A DNA stretch of 64,000 nt from Eledone cirrhosa (GCA_964016885.1 OZ024766.1:17918001-17982000); one strand, 5' to 3'. Shown: positions 44,171 through 57,867, counted from the stretch's first letter. Notes: a model not told the origin generated them from the sequence alone. Made by a program: numbers and translations.

Positions 44171-44208
44171 GCCGACAATGTTTCGTCCTATTAAGGACTC
44201 ATCAGGGC
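44171..44208 (-). ncRNA. Minimal type-I hammerhead ribozyme motif with a canonical core
   Basis: Minus strand: GCC CUGAUGA GUCCU uaau AGGAC GAAA C auu G UC|GGC. Confidence 0.75.
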
Positions 44209-44580
44209 AATCAAAACAACAAGAAGTATATCGGCAGATACAAGCCGGAAACTCTGAATATATATATATATATAAATACAATATCGGAGAAAGCTTTTAG
44301 CGATACTCCGGCCGAATTCCAACTCACTCAACAAACATTAGGAAATAAGTGATTATATTCCTAATTAAGCGTTTGGGGTGCTAACTAAAAGTATTGCGTG
44401 GAAAAATTGGCTGTATTATTTCATATGAGACATATCTAATATATCTCTTCCCAGCCGGACGTCTCTTTTCATTATAGGATTCTTACAATTTGGGTGAAAT
44501 TATACCAATTTATGTAGGAGCTTATATACCATCAATAGATATATATTCAAGTGGGCTCCTATAATTCATCAGTGGGTGCC

Positions 44581-44634
<54 letters not shown>

Positions 44635-44638
<4 letters not shown>

Positions 44639-45255
44639 GAGGTTATATTTAATTTGTTGGGATACAACAAGCAAAATATTTTTATAACTGATATAAAGCA
44701 CTCAACAAATTATTGGAGTAAATATACAATATATTAACAAATGGAAACTATATTTATAAAACCATATTTATTTCATTATACATATTTCAAGGACACCAAG
44801 TTAAATTATGGTGTGCTTTCATCAGATAAAATATAATATAGAACAGTTTTATAAATAAATATTGACATACCCTTAAAGAATGCAACCATTTTTGTTGGAA
44901 GCTCTTTCTCTGCCTCTGTAACCCAACGGCTTATTTTAAAAATATCCTATACTAACTTATCTAATAATTAAAGCTACAACCCGGGAGCTTCCAACAGTAA
45001 TGGTTGCATTCTTTAAGGGTATGTCAATATTTATTTATAAAACTGTTCTATATTATATTTTATCTGATGAAAGCACACCATAATTTAACTTGGTGTCCTT
45101 GAAATATGTATAATGAAATAAATATTGTTTTATAAATATAGTTTCTATTTTTTAATATCGTATTTTTACTCCAAATATTTGTTGAGTGCTTTATATCAGT
45201 TATAAAAATATTTGCTTGTTGTATCCCAACAATTTAAATAGAACTTTACACACAT
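44635..45255. mobile_element. About 620-bp fold-back element with a hammerhead motif in each arm (Penelope-like)
   Basis: Arms about 44635-44904 and 44985-45255; motif at 45056-45120 (+) and 44769-44833 (-). Confidence 0.8.
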
Positions 45256-45259
45256 ATAC

Positions 45260-45558
45260 ACTGAGGATGAAAAACTCAGAACTGTATGGGAGCATCCCAA
45301 AAGTCAGCTCAAAAGTGACACAGAGGAGACTGAGGTTAGCTGGACATGCTCACCGACATCCAGAGTTGACATTGCACTCAGTGCTCCTTTGGGAGCCCCT
45401 ACACGGACACACTAGAAGAGGAAGACCAAGGTTAACGTATGTTGATGCCCTAAGAACAGACACTGGTCTGTTGGAGACGCAGGACATGGCAGCGATAATG
45501 AGGGACAGAGACCGCTGGAGAGAACTCGTCCATGGATCTCGGGAATTTTACCCGCCTT

Positions 45559-45561
<3 letters not shown>
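45260..45561 (+). mobile_element. RTE-clade LINE 3' end (5'-truncated)
   Basis: NSELYGSIPKVSSKVTQRRLRLAGHAHRHPE...LLWEPLHGHTRRGRPRLTYVDALRTDTG...MRDRDRWRELV*, a typical RTE ORF C-terminus, followed by (TA)n. Confidence 0.88.
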
Positions 45562-45609
<48 letters not shown>

Positions 45610-45995
45610 AATTACATAACTTAAATTCGTGGATTTATGGACGGACAGCTTTTTTAATGAGTCAGCGGCAAATTGTTATCTTTCTTTACAGGTTCTAGAA
45701 AGGTCTGGGTGGGGTGGGCAATGGGGGAGAGGGTGTGGCTGTTGTGATGGAAAATTACTTAATGTAGGACATCCGAACGGAAGAAAAGAGTCAATTGTTT
45801 AATTCAGGCCGAAGGAAACAATGTTGCAATTGGATTTTCTATTACTGATACAGCTTGTCAGTCTCTCATAGTTACTGATTGAAGAAAGGCTCTAACCATC
45901 AGATCGGACCGAGGAAACGATGTTTCCTTTGGTATTGTCTGTCAGCCATAATTCTTAGAAGAAAGGACCCTCTTTGCATTGTTGGCACTCCCTCT

Positions 45996-46042
<47 letters not shown>

Positions 46043-46136
46043 GATTAAAATGAGTTGCTTAACGTAGAGTGCTTTGTCTACTATACATCACGATTAATTA
46101 AATGGAATGACCAGCTCTATCCAGTGGTGATCAACT

Positions 46137-46187
<51 letters not shown>

Positions 46188-46214
46188 GTTGACCTCTGAA
46201 GAGGATTCAACCCC

Positions 46215-47090
46215 AGTACGAGACTGGTACTTTATTTATCGACCCCGAAAGGATGAAAGGCAAAGTAGACCTCAGCGGATGAATCGACCTCCGTACAAGG
46301 CTGGTACTTATTTTATCGACCACGAAAGGAGGAAAAGTAAAGTTGACCTCGGTGGGATTTGAACTCAGAGCAGAGAGAGTCAGGAATTGCTAGAGCGTCT
46401 GACGAGATGCCTTGCGGTATTTATTCCAGCTCTCAACATTCTGAGTTCAAATCCCGCCGAAGTCAGCTTTGCCTTTCATCCCTTCGAGGTTGATAAAAAA
46501 AGGGCACCAGTCTAATTCTGGGGTTGATTTTTCCTTTGGGTTCAACTTTGCCTTTCATCCCTTCGAGGTTAATAAAAAAAGGGCACCAGTCTAATTCTGG
46601 GGTTGATTTATTTCCTTTGGGTTTAACTTTACCTTTCATCCATTCGAGGTTAATAAAAAGGGCACCAGTCTAATTCTGGGGTTGATTTTTCCTTTGGGTT
46701 TAACTTTACCTTTCATCCATTCGAGGTTGATAAAAAGGGCACCAATCTAATTCTGGGGTTGATTTTTCCTTTGGGTTTAACTTTACCTTTCATCCCTTCG
46801 AGGTTGATAAAAAGGGCACCAATCTAATTCTGGGGTTGATTTTTCCTTTGGGTTTAACTTTACCTTTCATCCATTCGAGGTTAATAAAAAGGGCACCAGT
46901 CTAATTCTGGGGTTGATTTTTCCTTTGGGTTTAACTTTACCTTTCATCCCTTCGAGGTTGATAAAAAAGGGCACCAATCTAATTCTGGGGTTGATTTTCT
47001 TTTCCCTTTGGGTTCAAATTTACCTTTCATCCCTTCGAGGTTGATAAAACCCCAAAAAAAGGTACCATTATCGTACTGGGGTTGATGAAA
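46215..47090. mobile_element. Head-to-head tRNA-derived SINEs; the central domain of the + copy is expanded into about 8 x 77-bp tandem units
   Basis: B-box GAGTTCAAATCC at 46443; repeated cctttcatcccttcgaggttgataaaa...caccagtctaattctggggttgatt. Confidence 0.85.
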
Positions 47091-47509
47091 ACCTTGACAG
47101 TCATGTAGAAGGCATTCTGGGCACAAATTCTGTAGTGAAACGAATATGATGGCGGTTACAAGGGTTGAGATGATGAAGGGGGTGCTGATGACAATGAGAT
47201 ACTAAGCAACGAAAAAAAAAAAAGAGAAAAAGGGGGGCGAAATGGGGGACGAAGCAAGAGACTTTAAACACCAGCTTGTTCGTGCGCATGGCCATCTTTT
47301 GAGGGATAGGATAAATGTAAAGGCCGATTATGGTATGAAGGAATGGTACTGACGAGCATGAATTTTGAATGAAAATGGGAAACTGCAGAGTGAGATGGGT
47401 GTCAGTATATATATATATATATATATATATATGGGTGTATGTATGTGTATATAGATATATATATATTTAAGTGTATGTATGTGTGTATATATATATATAT
47501 ATTTAGGTG

Positions 47510-47549
<40 letters not shown>

Positions 47550-48020
47550 TGTATGTATGTATATGTATATATATATATATATAGGTGTATGTATGTGTGT
47601 ATATATATATATATAGGTGTATGTATATGTATATGTATATATGTATATGTATATATATATATGTGTATATGTATATATATGTATATATATATATGTGTAT
47701 ATGTATATATATATATATATAGGTGTATATGTATATATATATATATATATAGGTGTATATGTATATATATGTATATACATATATATGTGTGTGTGTGTGT
47801 ATATATATATATATGTACGTGTGCGTATTTATATATATGTATATATATATTTATATATGTCGTATATATATATATATATGTATATATATATTTATATATG
47901 TCGTATATATATATGTATATATATATTTATATATGTCGTATATATATATGTATATGTATATATATATTTATATATGTCGTATATGTATATGTATATATAT
48001 ATATATTTATATATGTCATA

Positions 48021-48086
<66 letters not shown>

Positions 48087-48679
48087 CAGATGCCTCAGGC
48101 TTTACTTTACGCATTTTATCACGCATGCCCAATAGCTACTTTATACATACATAGGATATCTCGTCCCTTTGTGTAGTCTTTGAGTCCTGTACGTTTTACT
48201 TTGGTTTTGCATATATATATTTGTATATATGTATATATATGTATGTATGTATATATATATGTTTGTGTATATATATGTATATGTATATATATCTGTATAG
48301 GTATGTGCATTCATAAACATATATAATATATATATTTTATGTAAGTATGTACATATGTGTGCGTGTATATATATATATATATATATACATATGTGTGTGT
48401 GTATAGATGTATATATATATATATATATATACATGTGTGTGTATATGTATAGATGTATATATATATATACATGTGTGTGTGTGTATATGTATGTGTGTGT
48501 ATATGTATGTGTATATATATATACATATATGTGTGTATATACATATATGTGTGTGTATATGTATAGATGTATATATATATATATATATATATACATGTGT
48601 GTGTATATGTATATATATATATATAATTATGTGTGTGTGTATATGTATATATGTGCATATGTGCATATGTATATATGTC

Positions 48680-48729
<50 letters not shown>

Positions 48730-48799
48730 TTTATATATATGTATGTATGTGTGTGTATGTAAGTATATGTATGTACATGCACGTTTCGATGTACAATTC

Positions 48800-48849
<50 letters not shown>

Positions 48850-48879
48850 AATATCTCCCGCTCGCTCTTCAAACATACA

Positions 48880-49003
48880 CACAAACTCATACAGACATTT
48901 AAAAACACACAGCAAGATGCGCACATAAATCTCTCTCTTTATGTAACCGAGTTTTGATTACACAAACACACACACACAAACTCACACACACACACACACT
49001 CTC

Positions 49004-49064
<61 letters not shown>

Positions 49065-49219
49065 GTCTCACACACAAACTCACACACACAGACTTACAGA
49101 CATTGAAAAAAAAACGAAAAAAAAAACAACGCAGCGAGATGCGAATGTAAATCTATCTCTCTATGTAACCGAGTTTTGATTACACAAACACACACACGCA
49201 CGCAAACTCACACACACTC

Positions 49220-49280
<61 letters not shown>

Positions 49281-49432
49281 TATATATATACTCACACACA
49301 TATACTCACACACACAGACTTACAGACATTGAAAAAAAAAACGCAGCGAGATGCGAATGTAAATCTCTCTCTCTATGTAACCGAGTTTTGATTACACAAA
49401 CACACGCACACACGCAAACTCACACACACACA

Positions 49433-49471
<39 letters not shown>

Positions 49472-49630
49472 CATCTCTCTCTCTCTCTCACATATATATA
49501 TACTCACACACATATACTCACAGACATTGAAAAAAAAAAACGCAGCGAGATGCGAATGTAAATCTCTCTCTCTATGTAACCGAGTTTTGATTACACAAAC
49601 ACACACACACACGCAAACTCACACACACAC

Positions 49631-49666
<36 letters not shown>

Positions 49667-49796
49667 CATCTCTCTCTCTCTCTCACATATATATATACTC
49701 ACACACATATACTCACACACACAGACTTACAGACATTGAAAAAAAAAAAAAAACGCAGCGAGATGCGAATGTAAATCTATCTCTCTATGTAACCGA
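48880..49796. repeat. Five-copy tandem repeat of about 180-230 bp directly upstream of exon 5a
   Basis: cagacattgaaaaaa...cgcagcgagatgcgaatgtaaatctctctctatgtaaccgagttttgattacacaaac with variable CA/CT runs. Confidence 0.9.
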
Positions 49797-49821
49797 AATA
49801 ATGATTTCTTTGAGAATGTAG

Positions 49822-49933
49822 TGGTGAATCAGGTGCCGGCAAAACTGAGAGTACAAAGAAGGTGATAATGTATTTTGCGGAGGTGGCCGCTACATGGGAA
49901 AAAAAACGTGAGAAACTATTCAATAACAGAGCT
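49822..49933 (+). CDS. Mhc: Myosin heavy chain alternative exon 5a (P-loop plus loop-1 start)
   Basis: aatgtag acceptor; 112 nt T+[37 protein letters not shown]; GTAAGT donor. Same length and phases (2 to 0) as 52834-52945. Confidence 0.93.
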
Positions 49934-49974
49934 GTAAGTTTGTTTTAGGGTTCCACCATCTTTCCTTATTTGTA

Positions 49975-50021
<47 letters not shown>

Positions 50022-50208
50022 GTGTATATGTGTACTTGTATATATTCATATATCATATATATACATATATATATGTATGTATAAATAAATATGTATATAA
50101 ATATGTATGTATATATATATATGTGTATAATTATGTATATATAATTGTATATACATCCATTAATATATATATATAATTATATATAATTTTATATATATAT
50201 ATATATAT

Positions 50209-50501
<293 letters not shown>

Positions 50502-50807
50502 TATATATATATATATAAAATTATATATATATATATATTATATATATATTGCCACGTTATGGGGGTTTAGTAATACAAATTGCTGGTTATTATTCGTTGT
50601 TATATTTTATCTATTCTTATTATTTTTTCTGTTTCCGTTTCCGTAGAATCACAAAATATATATTGCCGCCATGTTGTTCCATTAATTTTGCCGCCTTTTT
50701 TCCCCCAAAAAACTGCCGTTGTGTATATATATATATCTTATTTTCTTTGTCATGCTATGTTTTTTTACAGAAAAGTATTGTTTAAACCTTGTTTTTACAT
50801 GTATATG

Positions 50808-50852
<45 letters not shown>

Positions 50853-50906
50853 ATCTGTCTTTCATCTTCTCTTTTCTCATTTTTCATCTTGTATAATATA
50901 TGTATA

Positions 50907-50938
<32 letters not shown>

Positions 50939-51008
50939 GCTGTATTTACATATGTATATATGTATAAATGTATATTTATATGTATATACATATATATGTA
51001 TATATATT

Positions 51009-51040
<32 letters not shown>

Positions 51041-51050
51041 TATGTATGTG

Positions 51051-51082
<32 letters not shown>

Positions 51083-51675
51083 TATGTACATGTATGTGTA
51101 TATATATATATGTATGTGTATATGTGTATATATATATATGTATGTGTATATATGTATGTGTATATATATATATGTATGTGTATATATATATATATATATG
51201 TATGTGTATATGTATATATATATATATATGTATGTGTATATATATGTATATATATATATATGTATGTGTATATATATATATGTATATATATGTATATAGT
51301 ATTTCTCACCTCATATATAAAAAAAAAGTTTCTCACACACTGTTTCTTTCTCTTTTTCTCTTTCTCCTTCAATGAATTCCCCCCTCGTCCTATCACCTTC
51401 ATGTCCCCCCTCCTCCTCCTACACGTCAATCTGTTACAATCCTCCTTTTCCATTTAACTCGCCCCTCTCTTCCTCTAACCTCTCTCACCTCTGCTATTTG
51501 CTGTACGTGTCCTGCGCATTGTCACGTGGGGTACAACCCTCCCCCTTCAACGTATCGTTGCTTCGCTTGGTTCAACTCTCCGTTTTGTTTGTCTCCGTAT
51601 CCCCGTGTCTTCCGCTAAATCCTCCCCACCCCCCATACTGCTGTCCTTAACGATTTATTGTCCTACTAAATTTCC

Positions 51676-52790
51676 CTTCTGTCCACTTGGTACAACCCCC
51701 CCCTCCCTTTAATTTGTCACCCTTTCGTCTGTTGCTCTGTTTCTCTCTATTACACTTTTACCTTCTGTCCACTTGGTACAAAACCCCTCCCTTTAATTCG
51801 TCACCCTTCCGTCTGTTGCTCTGTTTCTCTCTATTACACTTTTACCTTCTGTCTACTTGGTACAAAACCCCTCCCTTTAATTTGTCACCCTTCCGTCTGT
51901 TGCTCTGTTTCTCTCTATTACACTTTTACCTTCTGTCCACTTGGTACAAAACCCCTCCCTTTAATTCGTCACCCTTCCGTCTGTTGCTCTGTTTCTCTCT
52001 ATTACACTTTTACCTTCTGTCCACTTGGTACAAAACCCCTCCCTTTAATTCGTCACCCTTCCGTCTGTTGCTCTGTTTCTTCTCTATTACACTTTTACCT
52101 TCTGTCCACTTGGTACAAAACCCCTCCCTTTAATTCGTCACCCTTCCGTCTGTTGCTCTGTTTCTCTCTATTACACTTTTACCTTCTGTCTACTTGGTAC
52201 AAAACCCCTCCCTTTAATTTGTCACCCTTCCGTCTGTTGCTCTGTTTCTCTCTATTACACTTTTACCTTCTGTCCACTTGGTACAAAACCCCTCCCTTTA
52301 ATTCGTCACCCTTCCGTCTGTTGCTCTGTTTCTTCTCTATTACACTTTTACCTTCTGTCCACTTGGTACAAAACCCCTCCCTTTAATTCGTCACCCTTCC
52401 GTCTGTTGCTCTGTTTCTCTCTATTACACTTTTACCTTCTGTCCACTTGGTACAAAACCCCTCCCTTTAATTTGTCACCCTTCCGTCTGTTGCTCTGTTT
52501 CTTCTCTATTACACTTTTACCTTCTGTCCACTTGGTACAAAACCCCTCCCTTTAATTCGTCACCCTTCCGTCTGTTGCTCTGTTTCTCTCTATTACACTT
52601 TTACCTTCTGTCCACTTGGTACAACCCTCCTTTTAATTCGTCAAACCCTTCCGTCCGTCGTGCAATCTCCTCCTCGCCAACAACACCTTTCTCTCCCCCG
52701 TTCACACGGTACAACCCTCCTTTTAATTCGTCAAACCCGTCCGTCCGTCGTGCAATCTCCTCCTCTCCAACAACACCTTTCTCTCGCCCC
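51676..52790 (+). repeat. 81-bp pyrimidine-rich minisatellite (about 11.5 copies) plus a duplication of about 90 bp, upstream of exon 5b
   Basis: Unit ccttctgtccacttggtacaaaacccctccctttaattcgtcacccttccgtctgttgctctgtttctctctattacactttta. Confidence 0.95.
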
Positions 52791-52833
52791 CACCGTTCGC
52801 TTTTTGTTACAATCCGCCATTTAACCCCAACAG

Positions 52834-52945
52834 TGGTGAGTCCGGTGCTGGTAAAACTGAAAACACCAAAAAAGTCATCCAGTACTTCGCTCTTGTCGCC
52901 GCTTGTCTTGATGGCAAGAAAAAGAAGGACGATGAGGAAAAGAAG
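52834..52945 (+). CDS. Mhc: Myosin heavy chain alternative exon 5b (P-loop plus loop-1 start)
   Basis: ccccaacag acceptor; 112 nt T+[37 protein letters not shown]; GTAGCG donor. Confidence 0.95.
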
Positions 52946-53399
52946 GTAGCGTTTACGGAGCAGACTATTTCCGCATGCTGGGCCTCGTGTGTGGTTTTCT
53001 CCCCCTCTTTCTTTCATCTCTCTATCTCTTTTTTTTCTTATTCTCTATCATTTCTTTCCTTTGTGTGTATTTTACAAATTAAAAGAAAAAAAACAAAAAA
53101 AAACTTTCTATATTGGGTCAAGTATGAAATTTGTAGAAACTTATAGAAAAAAATTAACAAATTTCTACAAATTTCATATTTGACGACCCGATATGACAGG
53201 AAATGAGTTGCAGCGAGCGATGCGTGTGTAAATATTTTCGTAAAATTGTAAAAAATCAAAACCGGAAACAGAAGTAGCTGTGAAATTGCCAATTTCCGTT
53301 ATAAATAGCAACAAGTCGGATTGAAATATATTGAAAAATATATTAAATATATTTTATAATACAATTAATAAAATCCTGTAGTTTACTTGAAGCATTGTA

Positions 53400-53443
<44 letters not shown>

Positions 53444-53916
53444 TAAAAAAATAATGAATAAAACAATGAAACAGTTCCTTATATTAAACAAAAAAAGTTC
53501 ATTATTTAACGATCGTTTCTAGGACATATATGTGTTAGAATTGGCATGCATATTCAAAAGATCTATGTACAAAATTATACAAACTATCAAAGAGAATATA
53601 CATACCATCACATATATATGCTGTCTACTATATATATATATAGTATGGAAAGTGATATAAAGTTAAACAATGCAAAATCGACACTAAGGTAAAGGTAACG
53701 AAAAGTAAGTTGCCTGATTACCTTTGCTTCGTTTGGGTTGCTGTTGTTTCTTTCGTCCTAATATTTCGGGGCTAAAAGTCCCTTCTTCAGAGGTTAAAAA
53801 ACTCTGAGAAGATAATTTTCCGTTTACTTTCCTACGACTCTTTGCTATTTATAATACCAGTTGGGTGTACCACAGCTATTTCCACGTTTGAGATATAACA
53901 CACACACACAAATATA

Positions 53917-53950
<34 letters not shown>

Positions 53951-54774
53951 ATATATATATATTATATACATATATATATATATATACATACATATATATA
54001 TATATTATATATATATATATATATATAATATTATATATATATTATATATATATACATACATATATATATATATATATTATATGTATATATATATATATAT
54101 TATATATATATATTATATATATATACATATATATATATATTATATACATATGTATATACATATATATATATATTATATACATATATATATATATATATAT
54201 TATATACATATATATATATATATTATATATATATATATACATATTATATATATATATTATATATATATATATACATATTATATATATATATTATATATAT
54301 ATATATACATATTATATATATATATATACATATATATATATACATATACATATATATATATGTATATATATATATGTATGTATATATATATATATATATA
54401 TAAAACAAAGGAAATGTGGTAAGGAACCAGACGGACCATAACGCACCAGAGTACTCAATACAGTCCAGAAATAGCCGTCGAAACGGCTTGAGCTCTGCCG
54501 TCGGGGTCTTACTTTTTCCTATATATATATATGTGTGTGTTAGATTTTCAAACGTCTGTCCGTTTGTCACAACGTCCATCAGAGTGGTTTTTGATTTTCT
54601 TTTTACATTACCCTAACAAACTATACTAACACGTTGAATTTGAATCAGGCATTTAGGGAGTCAATATGGCGGCCCTCGGGCCTCCCTAGCGGCCCCTTTT
54701 GCTTCGTATTCATCTCAACACTCCCCCCTCCCCTCCTCACCCTGTTATTTGTCATTTAAGTTTAGCTATTAGGC

Positions 54775-54811
<37 letters not shown>

Positions 54812-54841
54812 GATATATATTATAAATCTATATTATATATA

Positions 54842-54882
<41 letters not shown>

Positions 54883-55630
54883 ATATACATATTATATATA
54901 AATATTATATATATTATATTATATTATATTATATATATATATATTATATATATTATATATTATATTATATATATTATATATTATATTATATATATATATA
55001 TATATTATATTATATATATATATATTATATATATTATATATTATATATTATATATATATTATATTATATATATATTTTATATATATTATATAATATACAT
55101 ATATATAAATATGATATATATTATAAATCTATATTATATATATTCATTATATATATATATATATATATGTACATTTGAAACTAGACGCCTGATGAAGGAA
55201 CCTGACGAGACGTGATTGTAATGATACAAATTTGTCAGGGTGCTCAGGCACTTAGAGACTAAGGATGAGATCGGTTGATTTATGGGCTGTTTAAAGGCCT
55301 TTGAACTAACGGGTGGCATTTGTCAGGATTACTGGTGGCCTGGGGTCAAACAACAACAACAGCATCAGCAACAACAACAACAACAACAGCATAGTAGAAG
55401 TATTTGTGGTGCGACGATGACGTCTCGTAATGAATTCCATCGATTTACATAAATTAGAGGAGGTGGTGTAGAGCGGTGGGTTATTATGTAGTAGTTGAGT
55501 GGGAGTGGGCATAGAGAATTAGAGGCGGTTGAGGTCTATAGGGATGATGGTGGTGGTGATGGTGGCGGTGGTGGACGGGGTAGTAGTAGTAGTTGTAAAT
55601 GATGGAATGATTATCAGATCCGCAGTCACA

Positions 55631-55662
<32 letters not shown>

Positions 55663-55863
55663 TTGTTGTTGTTGTTGTTTACATCGAAGAGATTCTGCCA
55701 CCAGCTTTTGACCGATCCAACCACGGACATCCCGAATATTAATAATGAACATAATTTAGAAATTATATCTACCTATAAAACATAATTATCTGCTGAAGGT
55801 TCGTGGAGACTTAACTGCTATTGCTAGCAGGTCTAGCTACCGTTTAGACGTCTCCATTATTAA

Positions 55864-55899
<36 letters not shown>

Positions 55900-55993
55900 T
55901 AGATTAAATATAATAGGTTAAATAATGAAGGTTCACGGAGACTTGACTGTTATTTCTAGCAGGTCTAGCTAACGCTTACAAGTCTCTCTCATT

Positions 55994-56037
<44 letters not shown>

Positions 56038-56301
56038 CACTGGCATATCTCAATGATTGCATAACTAGACTAATGATTGCGTAAGCATCTGACGAAGTCG
56101 CATGAATAGCCATGCAACAGAAATATATACAATGCAATAAACAATTATGGAGATTTAATCCCGGTTTAACTACCATTGAGGTTGACTTTGCCTTTCATCC
56201 TTACGGGGTCGATAAAATAAAGTACCAGTAATGCACTAGGCAATTGCTGGCCTTGTACCAAAAGTAGAAACAATTATTTGATATATATATGCCAATCCAC
56301 C

Positions 56302-56493
56302 AGGGCGGTGGATTGGCAGTATCGGTCGAGGGTCGGGCGCCATGCTTTCCAGCATAGTTACGTCCCTTTACGATCTGAGTTCAAATCCCGCCGAGGTTGA
56401 CTTTGCCTTTCATCCTTACGGGGTCGATAAAATAAAGTACCAGTAATGCACTGGGTAATTGCTGGCCTTGTGCCTAAAGTAGAAACAATTATT
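56302..56493 (+). mobile_element. Near full-length tRNA-derived SINE (other copies 15930-16083, 26655-26770 -, 27450-27585, 29270-29450, 40550-40730, 56177-56279)
   Basis: A-box-like TGGCAGTATCGG, B-box GAGTTCAAATCC, and conserved ctttgcctttcatccttacggggtcgataaaataaagtaccag domain. Confidence 0.88.
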
Positions 56494-56498
56494 TTATA

Positions 56499-56551
<53 letters not shown>

Positions 56552-57176
56552 CTAGATAACTGCTCCTTTTAAAAAATATTTCTAGTATTATTAGTAATTT
56601 TAGGATTTGAACTCTCTTGAGCCGTCTTCCTAATATATATATATATATATATATATAGAGTTTTTTTCAGAATGTATTTGACTGCTATTTCTTGTAAATA
56701 AACATTCACTTCCATCCTGACGTCACTAGCCCCGTTTTTTCCTCATGTGCTTTTTCATAAATACACATGAAGGCGAACTAGCCAGTTTTAGAATTCCCTT
56801 TTTCGGACTATATTACTGTGAGAGCCCTGGTTTTCTGTTGAGCTCTGCTGATGAATGATATTCCAACCGTTACCATCTCCACTGAAAGTTTTCATGAAAT
56901 AGTCTTTTAAGACTATACAGAGCATTTGATGTTATTCCAAATTGAAGGATAAGTGTTTCAGACTTTGTTTTATCATGAGTTAAAGGTCTATAGATTTTTC
57001 CATGGATTTTACTAAATTCTGTGGATGAATTTGTATCCTGATTCTCTTTTGAGATGAGTTTGAGTTATTTTTCCTAAATCTTTCGTTAACTACTTTTCCC
57101 ATCTTGACGTTATAGTCGCATATATGTTATAGAATGCCGTTAGCTTCTTGCTAAAACAATCTCTATACCTCTCATT

Positions 57177-57231
<55 letters not shown>

Positions 57232-57627
57232 CTTCACTAATCAACATATTAACAACTAACCATCTGTACTTTGCATATATATACATTTATATATATGTGT
57301 GTGTATATAGGAATATATATAGGTATATAGCTATATCTATATATCTATATGTATATGTATATGTGTATATATACATGTATATATATATGTATATATATGT
57401 ATATGTGTATATATATATGTATATATGTGTATATATATGTATATATACATGTATATATATGTATATATGTGTATATATATATATATATATATACATGTAT
57501 ATATATACACACACACATATATATATATATATATGCCAACAGACGAACTATAGTTATAATAAAAAATGTGTGTGGTGATGTTTAAGCCTTGATGATGGAG
57601 ATATATATGCACATATATATATATATG

Positions 57628-57674
<47 letters not shown>

Positions 57675-57867
57675 TTCATCATCAAAGGTTCCCCTCCCCC
57701 CCACTAACTGTTTTCTAGATTTTACAGATTTTCCAAATAATAATAATAATAATAATAATAATAACCTACCATTCTATTTTGTGGCTAACGATATTCTTAA
57801 CTCCATCTCTTTCATTATTCCTTTCTTTCTCAGAATTAACCACATCCGGAAGGAAGTCACTTTATAA

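Noticed and set aside
55185-55215. CTGATGAAGG and CTGACGAG half-motifs (also 44540-44575, 46195-46215, 56848)
   Set aside because: No properly placed stem II plus GAAA; truncated or chance matches.
56312-56395. tRNA gene
   Set aside because: A and B boxes are present but there is no cloverleaf, and it continues into a multi-copy SINE body.
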